The translations under genes were made by a program, and so were the position numbers. This document shows, piece after piece, positions 1 through 9,025 of a DNA stretch of 64,000 nt. The notes beneath the pieces are model-generated. The model did not search any database. It worked only from the letters and a program-made list of their open reading frames with translations, and was not told the DNA's origin. Each line of letters starts with the position of its first letter. Within the stretch, counting starts at the first letter, position 1. Location: contig OZ250153.1 in the NCBI GenBank assembly GCA_965237805.1, forward strand, positions 32,001 to 96,000, read 5' to 3'. Source of the stretch: Gammaproteobacteria bacterium (GTDB lineage: Bacteria; Pseudomonadota; Gammaproteobacteria; JABABF01).

Positions 1-501
1 CTGCAAGGCATCCTCGCGCCCTTGTGGACTCAGGCGACGCGAGACACCGTGTGCGCGCGGATCGTTGGGCGAGAGCACCAAGTTGCGTCCCGGTAGGCGG
101 ATGAGAGTGGTCAGAGCCGCACCCTTGCTATCACGCTCCTCTTTGTCGACTTGCACCACCAATTCTTGACCTTCGCGGAGCGAACGCTCGATATCGTTGG
201 CTTGGCCGTTGTCGCCATCGCTTGAGGCGATGAATTCCGCCGCCAGATGCTTCCGTGGCAAAAAGCCGTCGCGCCCTGCGCCGAAGTCGACGAAAGCGGC
301 GTTCAGGCTCGGATTGATGTAGTCGACGCGCCCTTTATAGATGTTGTTCTGCTGTTGATGGCCGACGTTGCGTTGCTCTATTTCGAGATCGAAAAGCTCC
401 GTGCCAAAGATGATAGCAATGCGCATTTCCTCTGGGTGTGTCGCATTGACCAGAATTTTTTGCTTGCCTTTTTTCTGAGCCAAGCGTTGTGTTGTCGACA
501 T
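1..501 (-). CDS. rne: Ribonuclease E, N-terminal part (runs off window edge)
   Basis: Manual translation from ATG at 501: MSTTQRLAQKKGKQKILVNATHPEEMRIA...NNIYKGRVDYINPSLNAAFVDFGAGRDGFLP...QELVVQVDKEERDSKGAALTT, matching RNase E/G S1 region motifs; AGGAGG RBS just upstream. Not in ORF track because truncated. Confidence 0.92.
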   Translation of the reverse strand, partial: MSTTQRLAQKKGKQKILVNATHPEEMRIAIIFGTELFDLEIEQRNVGHQQQNNIYKGRVDYINPSLNAAFVDFGAGRDGFLPRKHLAAEFIASSDGDNGQANDIERSLREGQELVVQVDKEERDSKGAALTTLIRLPGRNLVLSPNDPRAHGVSRRLSPQGREDALQ

Positions 502-847
502 GAGATTCCTCCTGTGATGGGGGGAACGCATGGCCTCTGATCCACTGCTATGGCGATGGCCGGTGTCGGCTTGTCTGCGCGCATCGGCTCCGATTCTGGC
601 GCTGCGTCTAGGCAGTGCCATCGGGGGGGCTGCGCGTCGCTACTCCATTTTGTGTGCGACGCACGTTGTCGTTGTCTTTCAGGCAATGCTAGGTACAGCG
701 GATATGCCAGTAAAACTTGAGCAGTGGTATTAGGGCTTGGCAAAGCGTTCTCTATAAGACAGCGCTGCTGCGCTGTGCCGTGGTGATCCAAGCGTAGCCT
801 TGCCACTGGCCTCCCTAAAAATACCTAGGCAAGCTCGCTATCCGCCC

Positions 848-876
848 ATTATCGCACGACTGGCCGCACGCTGCAA
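848..876 (-). promoter_or_regulatory. Candidate sigma70 promoter for rne (TTGCAG-17-GATAAT)
   Basis: Reverse complement reads TTGCAG cgtgcggccagtcgtgc GATAAT, about 340 nt upstream of the rne start. Confidence 0.45.
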
Positions 877-1051
877 GTGGTGGGGCGCTTTGCCTGTCGT
901 TGCCCAGTGCCGTCCCAGCATCAAATGGCGGGCGTGAGCACTCCATTTAACGGTCAAAAATCCTTGACTGGCGCACTGGACACAGAGCAGTATGGAGTCG
1001 GTCGGTGCTTGCGCTGACCACAGGCAACACCGGACAAGGAGGTCTATGCCA

Positions 1052-1393
1052 ATGACTGTACTCATCGAGGCCAGCCATGCTGGCGAAAGGCGCAGCGGCA
1101 CCGCCGTGCTGGGATTGGTCTTGGCGCTGGCTATCAGTGCAGTGGCGGCACATGTTGTCAGCACAGCTGCCGACGACGCGTTGCCGCCTTGCGCCAGTGC
1201 CCGCATCGCCATCAACAGCGCCACAGCCAAGGAATTGGCGCAACTCAGCGGGATCGGTTTGCGCAAGGCCGAGGCAATTGTGCGCTATCGCGAGAGTCAT
1301 GGTCCCTTCACTGCGCTGGACGAGCTGCGAGCTGTGCGCGGGATCAGTCAGCGGCTGTTGGATGTCAACCGGAAGCAGCTGCAGCTCGACTGA
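1052..1393 (+). CDS. comEA: ComEA-family helix-hairpin-helix DNA-binding protein
   Basis: Hydrophobic N-terminus then IAINSATAKELAQLSGIGLRKAEAIVRYRESHGPFTALDELRAVRGIS; AGGAGG RBS at 1037-1042 (alternative start 1046). Confidence 0.9.
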   Translation: MTVLIEASHAGERRSGTAVLGLVLALAISAVAAHVVSTAADDALPPCASARIAINSATAKELAQLSGIGLRKAEAIVRYRESHGPFTALDELRAVRGISQRLLDVNRKQLQLD

Positions 1394-1420
1394 GCGTTGG
1401 CGCGAGCGCGGCGGCGGCGC

Positions 1421-2680
1421 TCAGCGGGCGCCGCGGCTACTGAGCACAGTCCAGATCGTCATCAGCACGATCACTACATCCAGCCACGGAGACAGGTGGT
1501 TGATATAGTAGAAGTCATACTCGATTTTGTGTTGCGTGTCGCCACTGTTCGCATCCTCGACATACCCTTGCTTGACCTGTGCCCAGCCGCTGATACCGGG
1601 GCGCACGATATGGCGGTGGCGATAAAAAGGGATGTCCGCTTCGTTGAGGGTGTCTTGTGTCGCCACGGCAGGGCGTGGCCCGATCAGGCTCATATCGCCG
1701 CGCAACACATGCCACAGCTGTGGCAATTCGTCGAGCCGAAATTGGCGTAGCCAGCGCCCGACGCGGGTGATGCGTCGATCGCTGCTGTGGGTGGAGTGGG
1801 TGGCGACTTCATCACCGACCCAGTACATCGTGCGAAATTTGCACAATATGAAGAGGATGCCGTTGCGACCGACCCGCTGTTGGGAAAAAATGGCCGGGCC
1901 GGGCGAGTCGAGTTTGATCATCGTGAAGATCGCGGCCATCAACGGCATCATCACCAGTAACAGCGAGGCGCTGATCACCAGATCCGCTAGGCGTTTGAAA
2001 GGCAGATAGAGTGGCGAAGGCGCGAGGAATCCCATGCGGTTGGCGCTCAAATGGGCGGTGGAGACGCGTCCGCTCAGGGACTCGTGGACTTCGCCGCAGT
2101 CATAGACCGGGATGCCGCGCAGCGACATGATAGTGATCGCCCGACTCCAGTCGGCGGACAGGGGCTGTTGCAGATCTGCGGTGATGCCTTGGGCTCGCGC
2201 TGGCAACCCGCCATCGGGAGCTGCCAGCACCGGCCAGTCTCGGCACGCTGGCAGCTCTCGCAGCGTGTCGGTGGCGGTGCTGGGAACCAGCGCCAAGGTT
2301 ACCGGGTGGCGCAATAGCAACAGCGTATAGAACTGCGACCAAATCAGGCTCAGCCCTAAGCCAGTCAGCAACACCAAGCGGGAGTAATCGACCCGCAACA
2401 ATAAAATAATCAGCAACAAGATGCCGAATAGAGCCGTGACGACATTGATGCCATGCCCCAAGCTGTGGTAGCCAGGCAGCTGCGCATGGCGATTTAGCAG
2501 TGGCGGAGCAGCCATGCAGACGGCGGTGATACCGAGCAGAGCGTTGATCGTTGTCGTTTCCAGATCTGCTGAGAATTGCCCGCGCGCCAGCTGCGAGAGC
2601 AGGGTCAGCGCAGGCACCAGCAGAAAACTGGCATCGAGCCAGAAGAGTCGCTGACTATGTGGGTTGCGGGGTACTGGCAT
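1421..2680 (-). CDS. Polyprenyl-phosphate glycosylphosphotransferase (priming sugar transferase, WbaP/WcaJ-like)
   Basis: N-terminal TM helices; KRLADLV, KFRTM, RITRVGRWLRQFRLDELPQL, SLIGPRP, PGISGWAQV, DFYYI motifs of Bac_transf. Confidence 0.9.
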   Translation of the reverse strand: MPVPRNPHSQRLFWLDASFLLVPALTLLSQLARGQFSADLETTTINALLGITAVCMAAPPLLNRHAQLPGYHSLGHGINVVTALFGILLLIILLLRVDYSRLVLLTGLGLSLIWSQFYTLLLLRHPVTLALVPSTATDTLRELPACRDWPVLAAPDGGLPARAQGITADLQQPLSADWSRAITIMSLRGIPVYDCGEVHESLSGRVSTAHLSANRMGFLAPSPLYLPFKRLADLVISASLLLVMMPLMAAIFTMIKLDSPGPAIFSQQRVGRNGILFILCKFRTMYWVGDEVATHSTHSSDRRITRVGRWLRQFRLDELPQLWHVLRGDMSLIGPRPAVATQDTLNEADIPFYRHRHIVRPGISGWAQVKQGYVEDANSGDTQHKIEYDFYYINHLSPWLDVVIVLMTIWTVLSSRGAR

Positions 2681-2795
2681 AGCCGGTCACCATATTGAGC
2701 TGGTTATAATCATATTTTGATTGGTCGGTCGTCGTGGCGCAAGCATTCATGGCGCGGCTCGGTTGGGGCAGGAGGGGGGGTGGTTGTCCGGGACA

Positions 2796-4883
2796 ATGGC
2801 GAAATCACGCAAACATCGACGTCATAAAGCGTCTGTCACGAGGGGGGGTGCCTCGCTGAGGAGTCCGGTGCCTCGTCCCCCTGCCGCGTCATCGCAATCG
2901 GTTGCCGCCGCCACGACTGGCGCGACCGTTGCGATGCCCGGCTTGGTCTGGCAGGCACCCGTTTGGTACAAATGGCTGTTGGCCGCGCTGGTGGCCGCGC
3001 CGCCGTTACTAGGCGTCTACGGTCATAAATACGGCTATTCGCCCGACTTGCACATGGCCTCGGTGATCCAGGTGGGCGCCATCGCAATGTTGGTGCTATT
3101 TTTCCTGCTGCCCCGGCCGCGTGCCACCCTTAACCTGCTGACGATGCCGCTGTTGTTGCCGCTGTGGTGTTTCCTCGGCTGGAGCGTACTGTCACTACTG
3201 TGGGCGCACAACGACTACGAAGGGAGTATCAAACTACTCGATTGGAGCGGCGCGCTACTCACCGCCTTTCTGATCACCCAAACCTTCAACCAGCCCAAGG
3301 ATGTCGATCGTTGCCTCTATGTATTATTCGCCAGTGGTGCCGTGCTGGTGTCGCTCGGCATGTTGCAGTACTACGCCGGTTTTGATTTGATCGACCAGCA
3401 TTATCCGCCAGCGCTGACTTTCAACAATAAGAATATGGCGGCGCAGTACACCTTGTTGCTCATCCCGATCGGCCTCATGATGATGATGCGCGTCTCCGCG
3501 CCACATTGGAAAATATTTTTTATGAGTGTCAGCTTGGCACAGATCATCTTGCTGTTCTATGGCACCACCCGCAATGCCATCCTCTGCTTTGCGCTGCAGC
3601 TCGCCCTGATGCTATTTTTCATGGGGCGGGAGGCGTTGAAGCGCATAGATGATCGCGAATTCTTGCAGCGTTTGCTAATCTACATCGGTGTCGGTATTGG
3701 TGTTTTGTTGTTGCTGTCTTTACTGAGTAAAGGGAATGGCAGTCTGATTCTATTCACCATAGAACGCTTTGCCACCTTGGGCCAGAATACGGTCAATTTC
3801 ACTGGGGAGTCGCGCTTTCCGATCTGGGGCAACACGCTCGAGATGGTCAAGGATCACCTGCTGTTCGGTGTCGGTGTCGGCAACTGGATGGTCGAGTATC
3901 CGCTCTATTACCGTTCGGCAATGATCGATTGGGAAATGGGTTTGGATATTCAACACATCAACACGCACAACGATTATCTCGAGCTGACAGCGGAGTTGGG
4001 TTTGGTCGGTTTGGGGCTACTACTCTGGGGCGGCATCCTCACCGTGTGGCGCGGCGGCCAGCTGGCTTTCAAACTGGATTATGACTCGCGCATTGTCGTG
4101 ATATTGCTACTGGTCGCCATTGCGGGATTGGCGCTGAACGCGGTGGGAAGTTTCGCCTTTGAGCAACCTGCTCCAGTCGCGCTGTTCATCGTCTATATCG
4201 CCATGATCGAAGTCTATTGGCGGCGCGACCTGGGTGCGGTGCCATTATTGTCGCTACGGAAGTTTGGCTATAGTGGGCAGATGGCGTGTGCCGCTGTGGC
4301 AGCACTGCTATGTGCTGGCCTGACATGGCACCACTACCGTTGGTACCAAACTGAAATTAGCTTCCGCAGAGCCACCATCGCCTCGCGCCAAGGTGATATA
4401 CAGGGCATGTTGATCGAAGGGCTACGTGCCAAAGACATGTTCCCGCAGCGCCGCCGCCTGCGCAATTTTGTTGCCATGGGCTATATGCGCAGAGGCAATT
4501 TTGACCAAGCTATCAACGCTTTTAACGTGGTGTTAGAGGGCTATCCCAATATGTTGCACACCCTGACCAATACCATCACTGCTTATGACCAAGCGGGGCG
4601 CGCCGCGGAGGCGATGCCCCTAGTCGAGCGGTTGGTGTCGGCGCGGGATACCCAAGACAGCTATTATTTGGCTGGCGTTGTCAGTTTCCATGCCGAGCGC
4701 TACGATGACGCACGCGACTATTTGCTGCGCAGCTACGATCCCCCCAAACAAGGTGATAGCAGATTGGGCAAGCGCGAGCGCACCATCGCCGGGCAGGTGT
4801 TGCAACGATTGGGGGTGACCCCACCCAGCAGCAAACAACAGACCCACAATAAAACGCCCCCGCAGCCTGCGCAGCATAGATAG
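2796..4883 (+). CDS. O-antigen ligase / O-oligosaccharyltransferase-like membrane protein with C-terminal TPR-like region
   Basis: Many TM segments; TFNNKNMAAQY, RFPIWGNTLEMVKDHLLFGVGVGNW, THNDYLELTAELGLVG (Wzy_C); helical TPR-like tail. Confidence 0.8.
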   Translation: MAKSRKHRRHKASVTRGGASLRSPVPRPPAASSQSVAAATTGATVAMPGLVWQAPVWYKWLLAALVAAPPLLGVYGHKYGYSPDLHMASVIQVGAIAMLVLFFLLPRPRATLNLLTMPLLLPLWCFLGWSVLSLLWAHNDYEGSIKLLDWSGALLTAFLITQTFNQPKDVDRCLYVLFASGAVLVSLGMLQYYAGFDLIDQHYPPALTFNNKNMAAQYTLLLIPIGLMMMMRVSAPHWKIFFMSVSLAQIILLFYGTTRNAILCFALQLALMLFFMGREALKRIDDREFLQRLLIYIGVGIGVLLLLSLLSKGNGSLILFTIERFATLGQNTVNFTGESRFPIWGNTLEMVKDHLLFGVGVGNWMVEYPLYYRSAMIDWEMGLDIQHINTHNDYLELTAELGLVGLGLLLWGGILTVWRGGQLAFKLDYDSRIVVILLLVAIAGLALNAVGSFAFEQPAPVALFIVYIAMIEVYWRRDLGAVPLLSLRKFGYSGQMACAAVAALLCAGLTWHHYRWYQTEISFRRATIASRQGDIQGMLIEGLRAKDMFPQRRRLRNFVAMGYMRRGNFDQAINAFNVVLEGYPNMLHTLTNTITAYDQAGRAAEAMPLVERLVSARDTQDSYYLAGVVSFHAERYDDARDYLLRSYDPPKQGDSRLGKRERTIAGQVLQRLGVTPPSSKQQTHNKTPPQPAQHR

Positions 4884-4885
4884 CT

Positions 4886-7099
4886 GTGGCCGCCATCCCG
4901 CGCTTGACTGCACAAAGCGCGTGGGGCTGGGCCTTTATATCGCTGTTTGCCGGGGCACCAGTGCTGGCGCTCTACGGCATCAACCCATGGGGTTTCAGTC
5001 CGTCGGTGGCTTTGCTGTCGGTCTACCAAGTCGGCTTGGCGGCGCTACTGCTGTGGGCTGTAGCGATGCGGCTACGACCCGGAGCGGTGGCACTGGCGTG
5101 GCACCGAGATTCCCTGCTACGCCCCTTGGGGTGGCTCTTCGTTTGGGGTTGCCTATCTGCATTTTGGGCGCACAACCACTACGAGGCAGGCATGAAGCTG
5201 CTGCTGTGGGCGACGGCACTGTTTTGTGCAACTCTGGTTGTGGCGTGGCCAGCGCAGCAGCGGCAGCTGCGGATTTTGATCGCCGCCGTGTTTTTTGTCG
5301 GTCCGGTGCTGGCAGCCTACAGCATCGCGCAACTGGCCTATGGTATCGACTGGCCTGTCTCTGAAAACTCTCTGACGATTGTCTTCGGCAACAACAATCA
5401 AGCCTCAGAATACCTGCTACTGAGCTGGCCTTTGGGCTTGCTACTATTGGCGTGTAGCCGCCCATCGTTTGGCTTCTCGCTGAGCTGGTGGGGTGTGATC
5501 TTCCTCTATTTTAGCTATCTCCTGTTGGCGCGTTCCCTCGCCGCGCAGTTGGCGTTGATCGTCCAGTTGGTTTTTGTGCTGATTTTTTGGGGGCGGCATT
5601 TGCCGTTGCGCTTGGCCAAGGATTGTTCCCCGAGCCAGCGCTGGTGGCTGGCAATCTCTGCCCTCCTGCTGTTGGGTGTTGTTTTGCTGTCAGCACCCGA
5701 GCTGCAGCACATGCTGGTGCGGTTGCCTGAGGGGGTGCTCATTCAGCTGTTGGAGAAGTGGGAGTTCACCCAAGACCCTTGGGTCCTTGCACCCTATCGT
5801 CTATATCATTGGATCAACACGCTACCGATGATCCGCGACCATGCCTTGGTCGGCGTCGGCATCGGCAACTGGACGGTGTTTTATCCGGATTACTACGGGG
5901 CGGTGTGGTTGGATTCCATTGCTGCTGGCGGGAGAGATCGCTTGCAAAATGCCCATAACGACTACTTGGAGATTTTTGCCGAGTTGGGTTTGGTGGGCAT
6001 GGTTTTGGTGCTCTGGGTGGCTCTGCGCATCGTACGCGTCTGGTGGTCACTGCGCCGGGGTGTGCCGGGCTTGCTGATCGTCGGACCGGTTGGTTTTGCC
6101 GTCCTCGCCACCAGCGCGTTTCCGATGGCTGTACCCGGCAGCTTGATGTTGTTGATGTTGTATATCGCGTTGTTGGAGCGCTCGCGGCGACCTGCCGTCG
6201 ACGATGCACGGGTCGAAGGTGGTGGTGGCTCCCGGCAGCTGGTGGCCATCTGTGCCGTCGCGCTCTGTCTGCTTTGCATTTGCGTTTTCAATTACCGCTT
6301 GTACCGTGCTGAGCGGCTACATTTGCGCGCCTTGTCGGCCCACGACTCTAGGATCCGAGACTTCGAACACTCTGCGGTAGCGGTGCAAGCGTTGCAACAG
6401 TGGTTGCCGTGGCGGTTGCGGGAAAGCGTGTTGCTGGTTGCTGGATGGCGCGATACGGAGCGGCACGAACTACTGATATCACACTTGGAGCGCGCCCTTG
6501 TGGCTTATCCATACGACACCCGTTTGCTGCGTGCGCTCAGCTCCTTGCATATGCAGGCGGGGCGACACGAGCGTGCGCTAGACTATCTGTTGCGGGAAGG
6601 TCGCCAATTTCAACATCCCCGCTATATTGAGGAAGCGGGGAAATGGCATCTGCGCGGCTTGGCGCGAGAGTGGATTTCCCCGGTGCGCATTGAGCGCGGG
6701 GAGGCCATCCATCGTGCTGGCCAATCCACGATCTCCCACTTCAGTGACAGCAGCTATTATTCATATCATCCACAGGCTCCGTCCAATTTTCGAGTCTTCG
6801 ATTGGTCCGTCGCCATGGCCACGACTCTGATCGCCTTAGGGCGTCATGAAGCAGCCTTGCAGCAGCTGCGTATTGCCCATCACAGTGTTTGGATGGCCGC
6901 TGAGGAACTGGATTTCGTGGTGAATGCTTCCCGCCACTTTGTAATGTCCGAAGAGCTGCAGACATACTGGCATCAATGGCACCGTGTCGGCGCACTCATC
7001 GATCTGCTCAGTGCGGGTGATGCATCGCCGCAGGATGTGATGGCGACATACGGCTCGAGCAGGTCCACGGCAGCTGTGGACAGTGGGCAGGGGGGCTAA
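4886..7099 (+). CDS. Second O-antigen ligase / O-OTase-like membrane protein
   Basis: FGNNNQASEY, RLYHWINTLPMIRDHALVGVGIGNW, AHNDYLEIFAELGLVG; starts 2 nt after the stop of the previous paralog. Confidence 0.78.
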   Translation: MAAIPRLTAQSAWGWAFISLFAGAPVLALYGINPWGFSPSVALLSVYQVGLAALLLWAVAMRLRPGAVALAWHRDSLLRPLGWLFVWGCLSAFWAHNHYEAGMKLLLWATALFCATLVVAWPAQQRQLRILIAAVFFVGPVLAAYSIAQLAYGIDWPVSENSLTIVFGNNNQASEYLLLSWPLGLLLLACSRPSFGFSLSWWGVIFLYFSYLLLARSLAAQLALIVQLVFVLIFWGRHLPLRLAKDCSPSQRWWLAISALLLLGVVLLSAPELQHMLVRLPEGVLIQLLEKWEFTQDPWVLAPYRLYHWINTLPMIRDHALVGVGIGNWTVFYPDYYGAVWLDSIAAGGRDRLQNAHNDYLEIFAELGLVGMVLVLWVALRIVRVWWSLRRGVPGLLIVGPVGFAVLATSAFPMAVPGSLMLLMLYIALLERSRRPAVDDARVEGGGGSRQLVAICAVALCLLCICVFNYRLYRAERLHLRALSAHDSRIRDFEHSAVAVQALQQWLPWRLRESVLLVAGWRDTERHELLISHLERALVAYPYDTRLLRALSSLHMQAGRHERALDYLLREGRQFQHPRYIEEAGKWHLRGLAREWISPVRIERGEAIHRAGQSTISHFSDSSYYSYHPQAPSNFRVFDWSVAMATTLIALGRHEAALQQLRIAHHSVWMAAEELDFVVNASRHFVMSEELQTYWHQWHRVGALIDLLSAGDASPQDVMATYGSSRSTAAVDSGQGG

Positions 7100-7106
7100 A
7101 GTGGCG

Positions 7107-8072
7107 ATGCGGTCGATCGACGTATTCAACGGCGATGCCGACGGACTGTGTGCCCTGTTGCAGCTGCGCGGTGTCGAGTCGCGCGACAGCAAGCTGCTCA
7201 GCGGCGTCAAACGCGACATCCAGCTACTGCGCCTAGTCGAGGCTGCGGCGGGTGACCGAGTGACCGTGCTGGACATCAGCATGGACAAGAATCGAGCCGA
7301 TTTGCAGCGCCTGCTCAAGGCCGGTGTCGAAGTGTTCTACGCCGACCATCACCGGGCCGGGGAGATTCCAGATCACCCCCAGCTGAGTGCGCTGATCGAC
7401 ACTAGGCCGCAGACCTGTACCAGCCTGATCGTCAACCGACATTTGGCCGGTGCCTGTGCCGCTTGGGCGGTCGTGGGAGCCTACGGCGACAACATCCGGC
7501 GTCCAGCCGGCGCTCTCGCTGCATCCTTGGGCATTGCGGGCGAGGAGCTCGAGCGCCTTGAGCGCTTGGGCATTTGCCTTAACTACAACGGCTACGGTGC
7601 CACGGTGGACGATCTGCATTACCACCCCGAAGAGTTGTTTCGGCGACTGTCCGCGCACGCTGACCCGCAGGCATTCCTCGCCTCCGCCGACGGCGCGGTC
7701 TACCACCAGTTGGAGGCTGGTTACCGCGACGATATGGCGCGGGTCGAGGCGCTGGAGCCACACCGCCAGAGCGCTGGCGCTGCGGTGTATCTCTTGCCGG
7801 ACGCACCGTGGGCGCGTCGCATCAGCGGCGTCTTTGCCAACGACTTAGCCAACCGCACGCCGCAACGCGCCCACACCTTGCTGAACCAGCTGGCGGGCGG
7901 CGAGTGGTTGGTCAGCGTGCGCGCCCCGCTGGAGCAGCGGCGCGGAGCGGATGAGCTGTGTGCACGTTTCCCGACCGGGGGCGGGCGGGCGGCGGCAGCC
8001 GGTATCAACCGCCTGCCAGCAGAGAGCTTCGAAGAGTTTTTAGCAGCTTTTGAGAGGATGTATGGGGGATGA
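7107..8072 (+). CDS. DHH-family phosphoesterase
   Basis: DVFNGDADG, VLDIS, YADHH motifs; C-terminal VSVRAP...GGGRAAAAG (DHHA1-like). Confidence 0.8.
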   Translation: MRSIDVFNGDADGLCALLQLRGVESRDSKLLSGVKRDIQLLRLVEAAAGDRVTVLDISMDKNRADLQRLLKAGVEVFYADHHRAGEIPDHPQLSALIDTRPQTCTSLIVNRHLAGACAAWAVVGAYGDNIRRPAGALAASLGIAGEELERLERLGICLNYNGYGATVDDLHYHPEELFRRLSAHADPQAFLASADGAVYHQLEAGYRDDMARVEALEPHRQSAGAAVYLLPDAPWARRISGVFANDLANRTPQRAHTLLNQLAGGEWLVSVRAPLEQRRGADELCARFPTGGGRAAAAGINRLPAESFEEFLAAFERMYGG

Positions 8073-8104
8073 TGATCTATTGGAGCATGAAATCGATAGG
8101 CAGG

Positions 8105-8400
8105 ATTTCAAGCAGCGCTGAATCGCCTTGAGGCGGCGCAAGCAACCGAGCATACCGATCTAGCAGACCGCGACGAGTATGCGGTTAGCAAGCTGTGGCC
8201 CAATTTTGCTGAGCATCCTGCAGCTAGCCCCCACCGTGACTTGGACCAAGACATCAAAGCGGACACCAATCCGCTCTCACTTGGCACCTGGCGGGGTCGC
8301 TGGCTTCGTCATGGCTAACGGTTCCATATTCACAGCACATTGGCTGAAGGGCCGACACGCAAAAACATTAGCAATCTGTCAGTGCACAACTACGTAGCAC
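8105..8400 (+). pseudogene. hsdM: Type I restriction-modification methyltransferase (HsdM) remnant
   Basis: Colinear fragments ADRDEYAVSKLW, HRDLDQDIKADTNPL (cf. HRDLHPDLKAD..ANPPF), HLAPGGVAGFVMANGS and EGPTRKNI, with frameshifts and large deletions. Confidence 0.72.
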
Positions 8401-8419
8401 TGGGAGCACAAAAAGCACA

Positions 8420-8772
8420 GGGCTCTTTTGCCGCTGCACCGATCTTGTGGCAAGATTACAAGCAGTTATTGCAAATCATAGAAGAACACCATGCGACAAG
8501 ATATGGAATCATTAGATCAGAAGTGGAATCGCCTATTTGTAGGCGCTTCGACTGCGCTTGTCCTTGATTTATTTAGCGCGTAATAGTGCGCAGGATAGTG
8601 CCGAGCACTAATCAATTTCAAAATATTCTATGAGCACATTTAAAATTTTCTGGTCGGTTCTTTGCCAGCCTTAATCTCAAACACTAATACCGCCAAGCAC
8701 AAATATAGGATCCCTTGTAGCTGTTCTATTTGAATCGCCAAACCCCGTTTCATCAATATAGACTAAATGCAT
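8420..8772 (-). pseudogene. DUF3800-family protein remnant
   Basis: From ATG at 8772: MHLVYIDETGFGDSNRTATRDPIFVLGGISV*D*GWQRTDQKILNVLIEYFE; YxDETG and PIFVLGGI are typical of DUF3800; two in-frame stops; downstream boundary approximate. Confidence 0.62.
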
Positions 8773-8900
8773 CACGCTATGTTCTCATATTGTTGGCTAG
8801 GTCTAGCTGTTACTGAGCACATCAATGCCCTCATATTCTCGTTGCCTGACCGGTGCGCCAACCTAAAGGAACTGTACGCAACACCACTCCCACACCCTCC

Positions 8901-8976
8901 TGGCTCCGCCTGCTGGGCTCGAACCAGCGACCCGATGATTAACAGTCATCTGCTCTACCAACTGAGCTAAGGCGGA
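8901..8976 (-). tRNA. tRNA-Asn (GTT)
   Basis: RC: TCCGCCTTAGCTCAGTTGGTAGAGCAGATGACTGTTAATCATCGGGTCGCTGGTTCGAGCCCAGCAGGCGGAGCCA. Confidence 0.97.
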
Positions 8977-8984
8977 ACTCCTTC

Positions 8985-9013
8985 ATGGTAGGATAATCGG
9001 CTGTAGAGGTCAA
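8985..9013 (-). promoter_or_regulatory. Sigma70 promoter for tRNA-Asn (TTGACC-17-TACCAT)
   Basis: RC TTGACC tctacagccgattatcc TACCAT, ending 8 nt before the tRNA 5' end. Confidence 0.6.
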
Positions 9014-9025
9014 TCTTCACGTGGC

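Noticed and set aside
8340-8567. 75-aa plus-strand ORF as a real gene or as the HsdM C-terminus
   Set aside because: Only the first residues resemble HsdM; the rest overlaps the antisense DUF3800 remnant, so assignment is ambiguous
8977-9025. LexA/SOS box upstream of uvrB
   Set aside because: No CTGT-N8-ACAG match; CTGT at 9001 has no partner half-site
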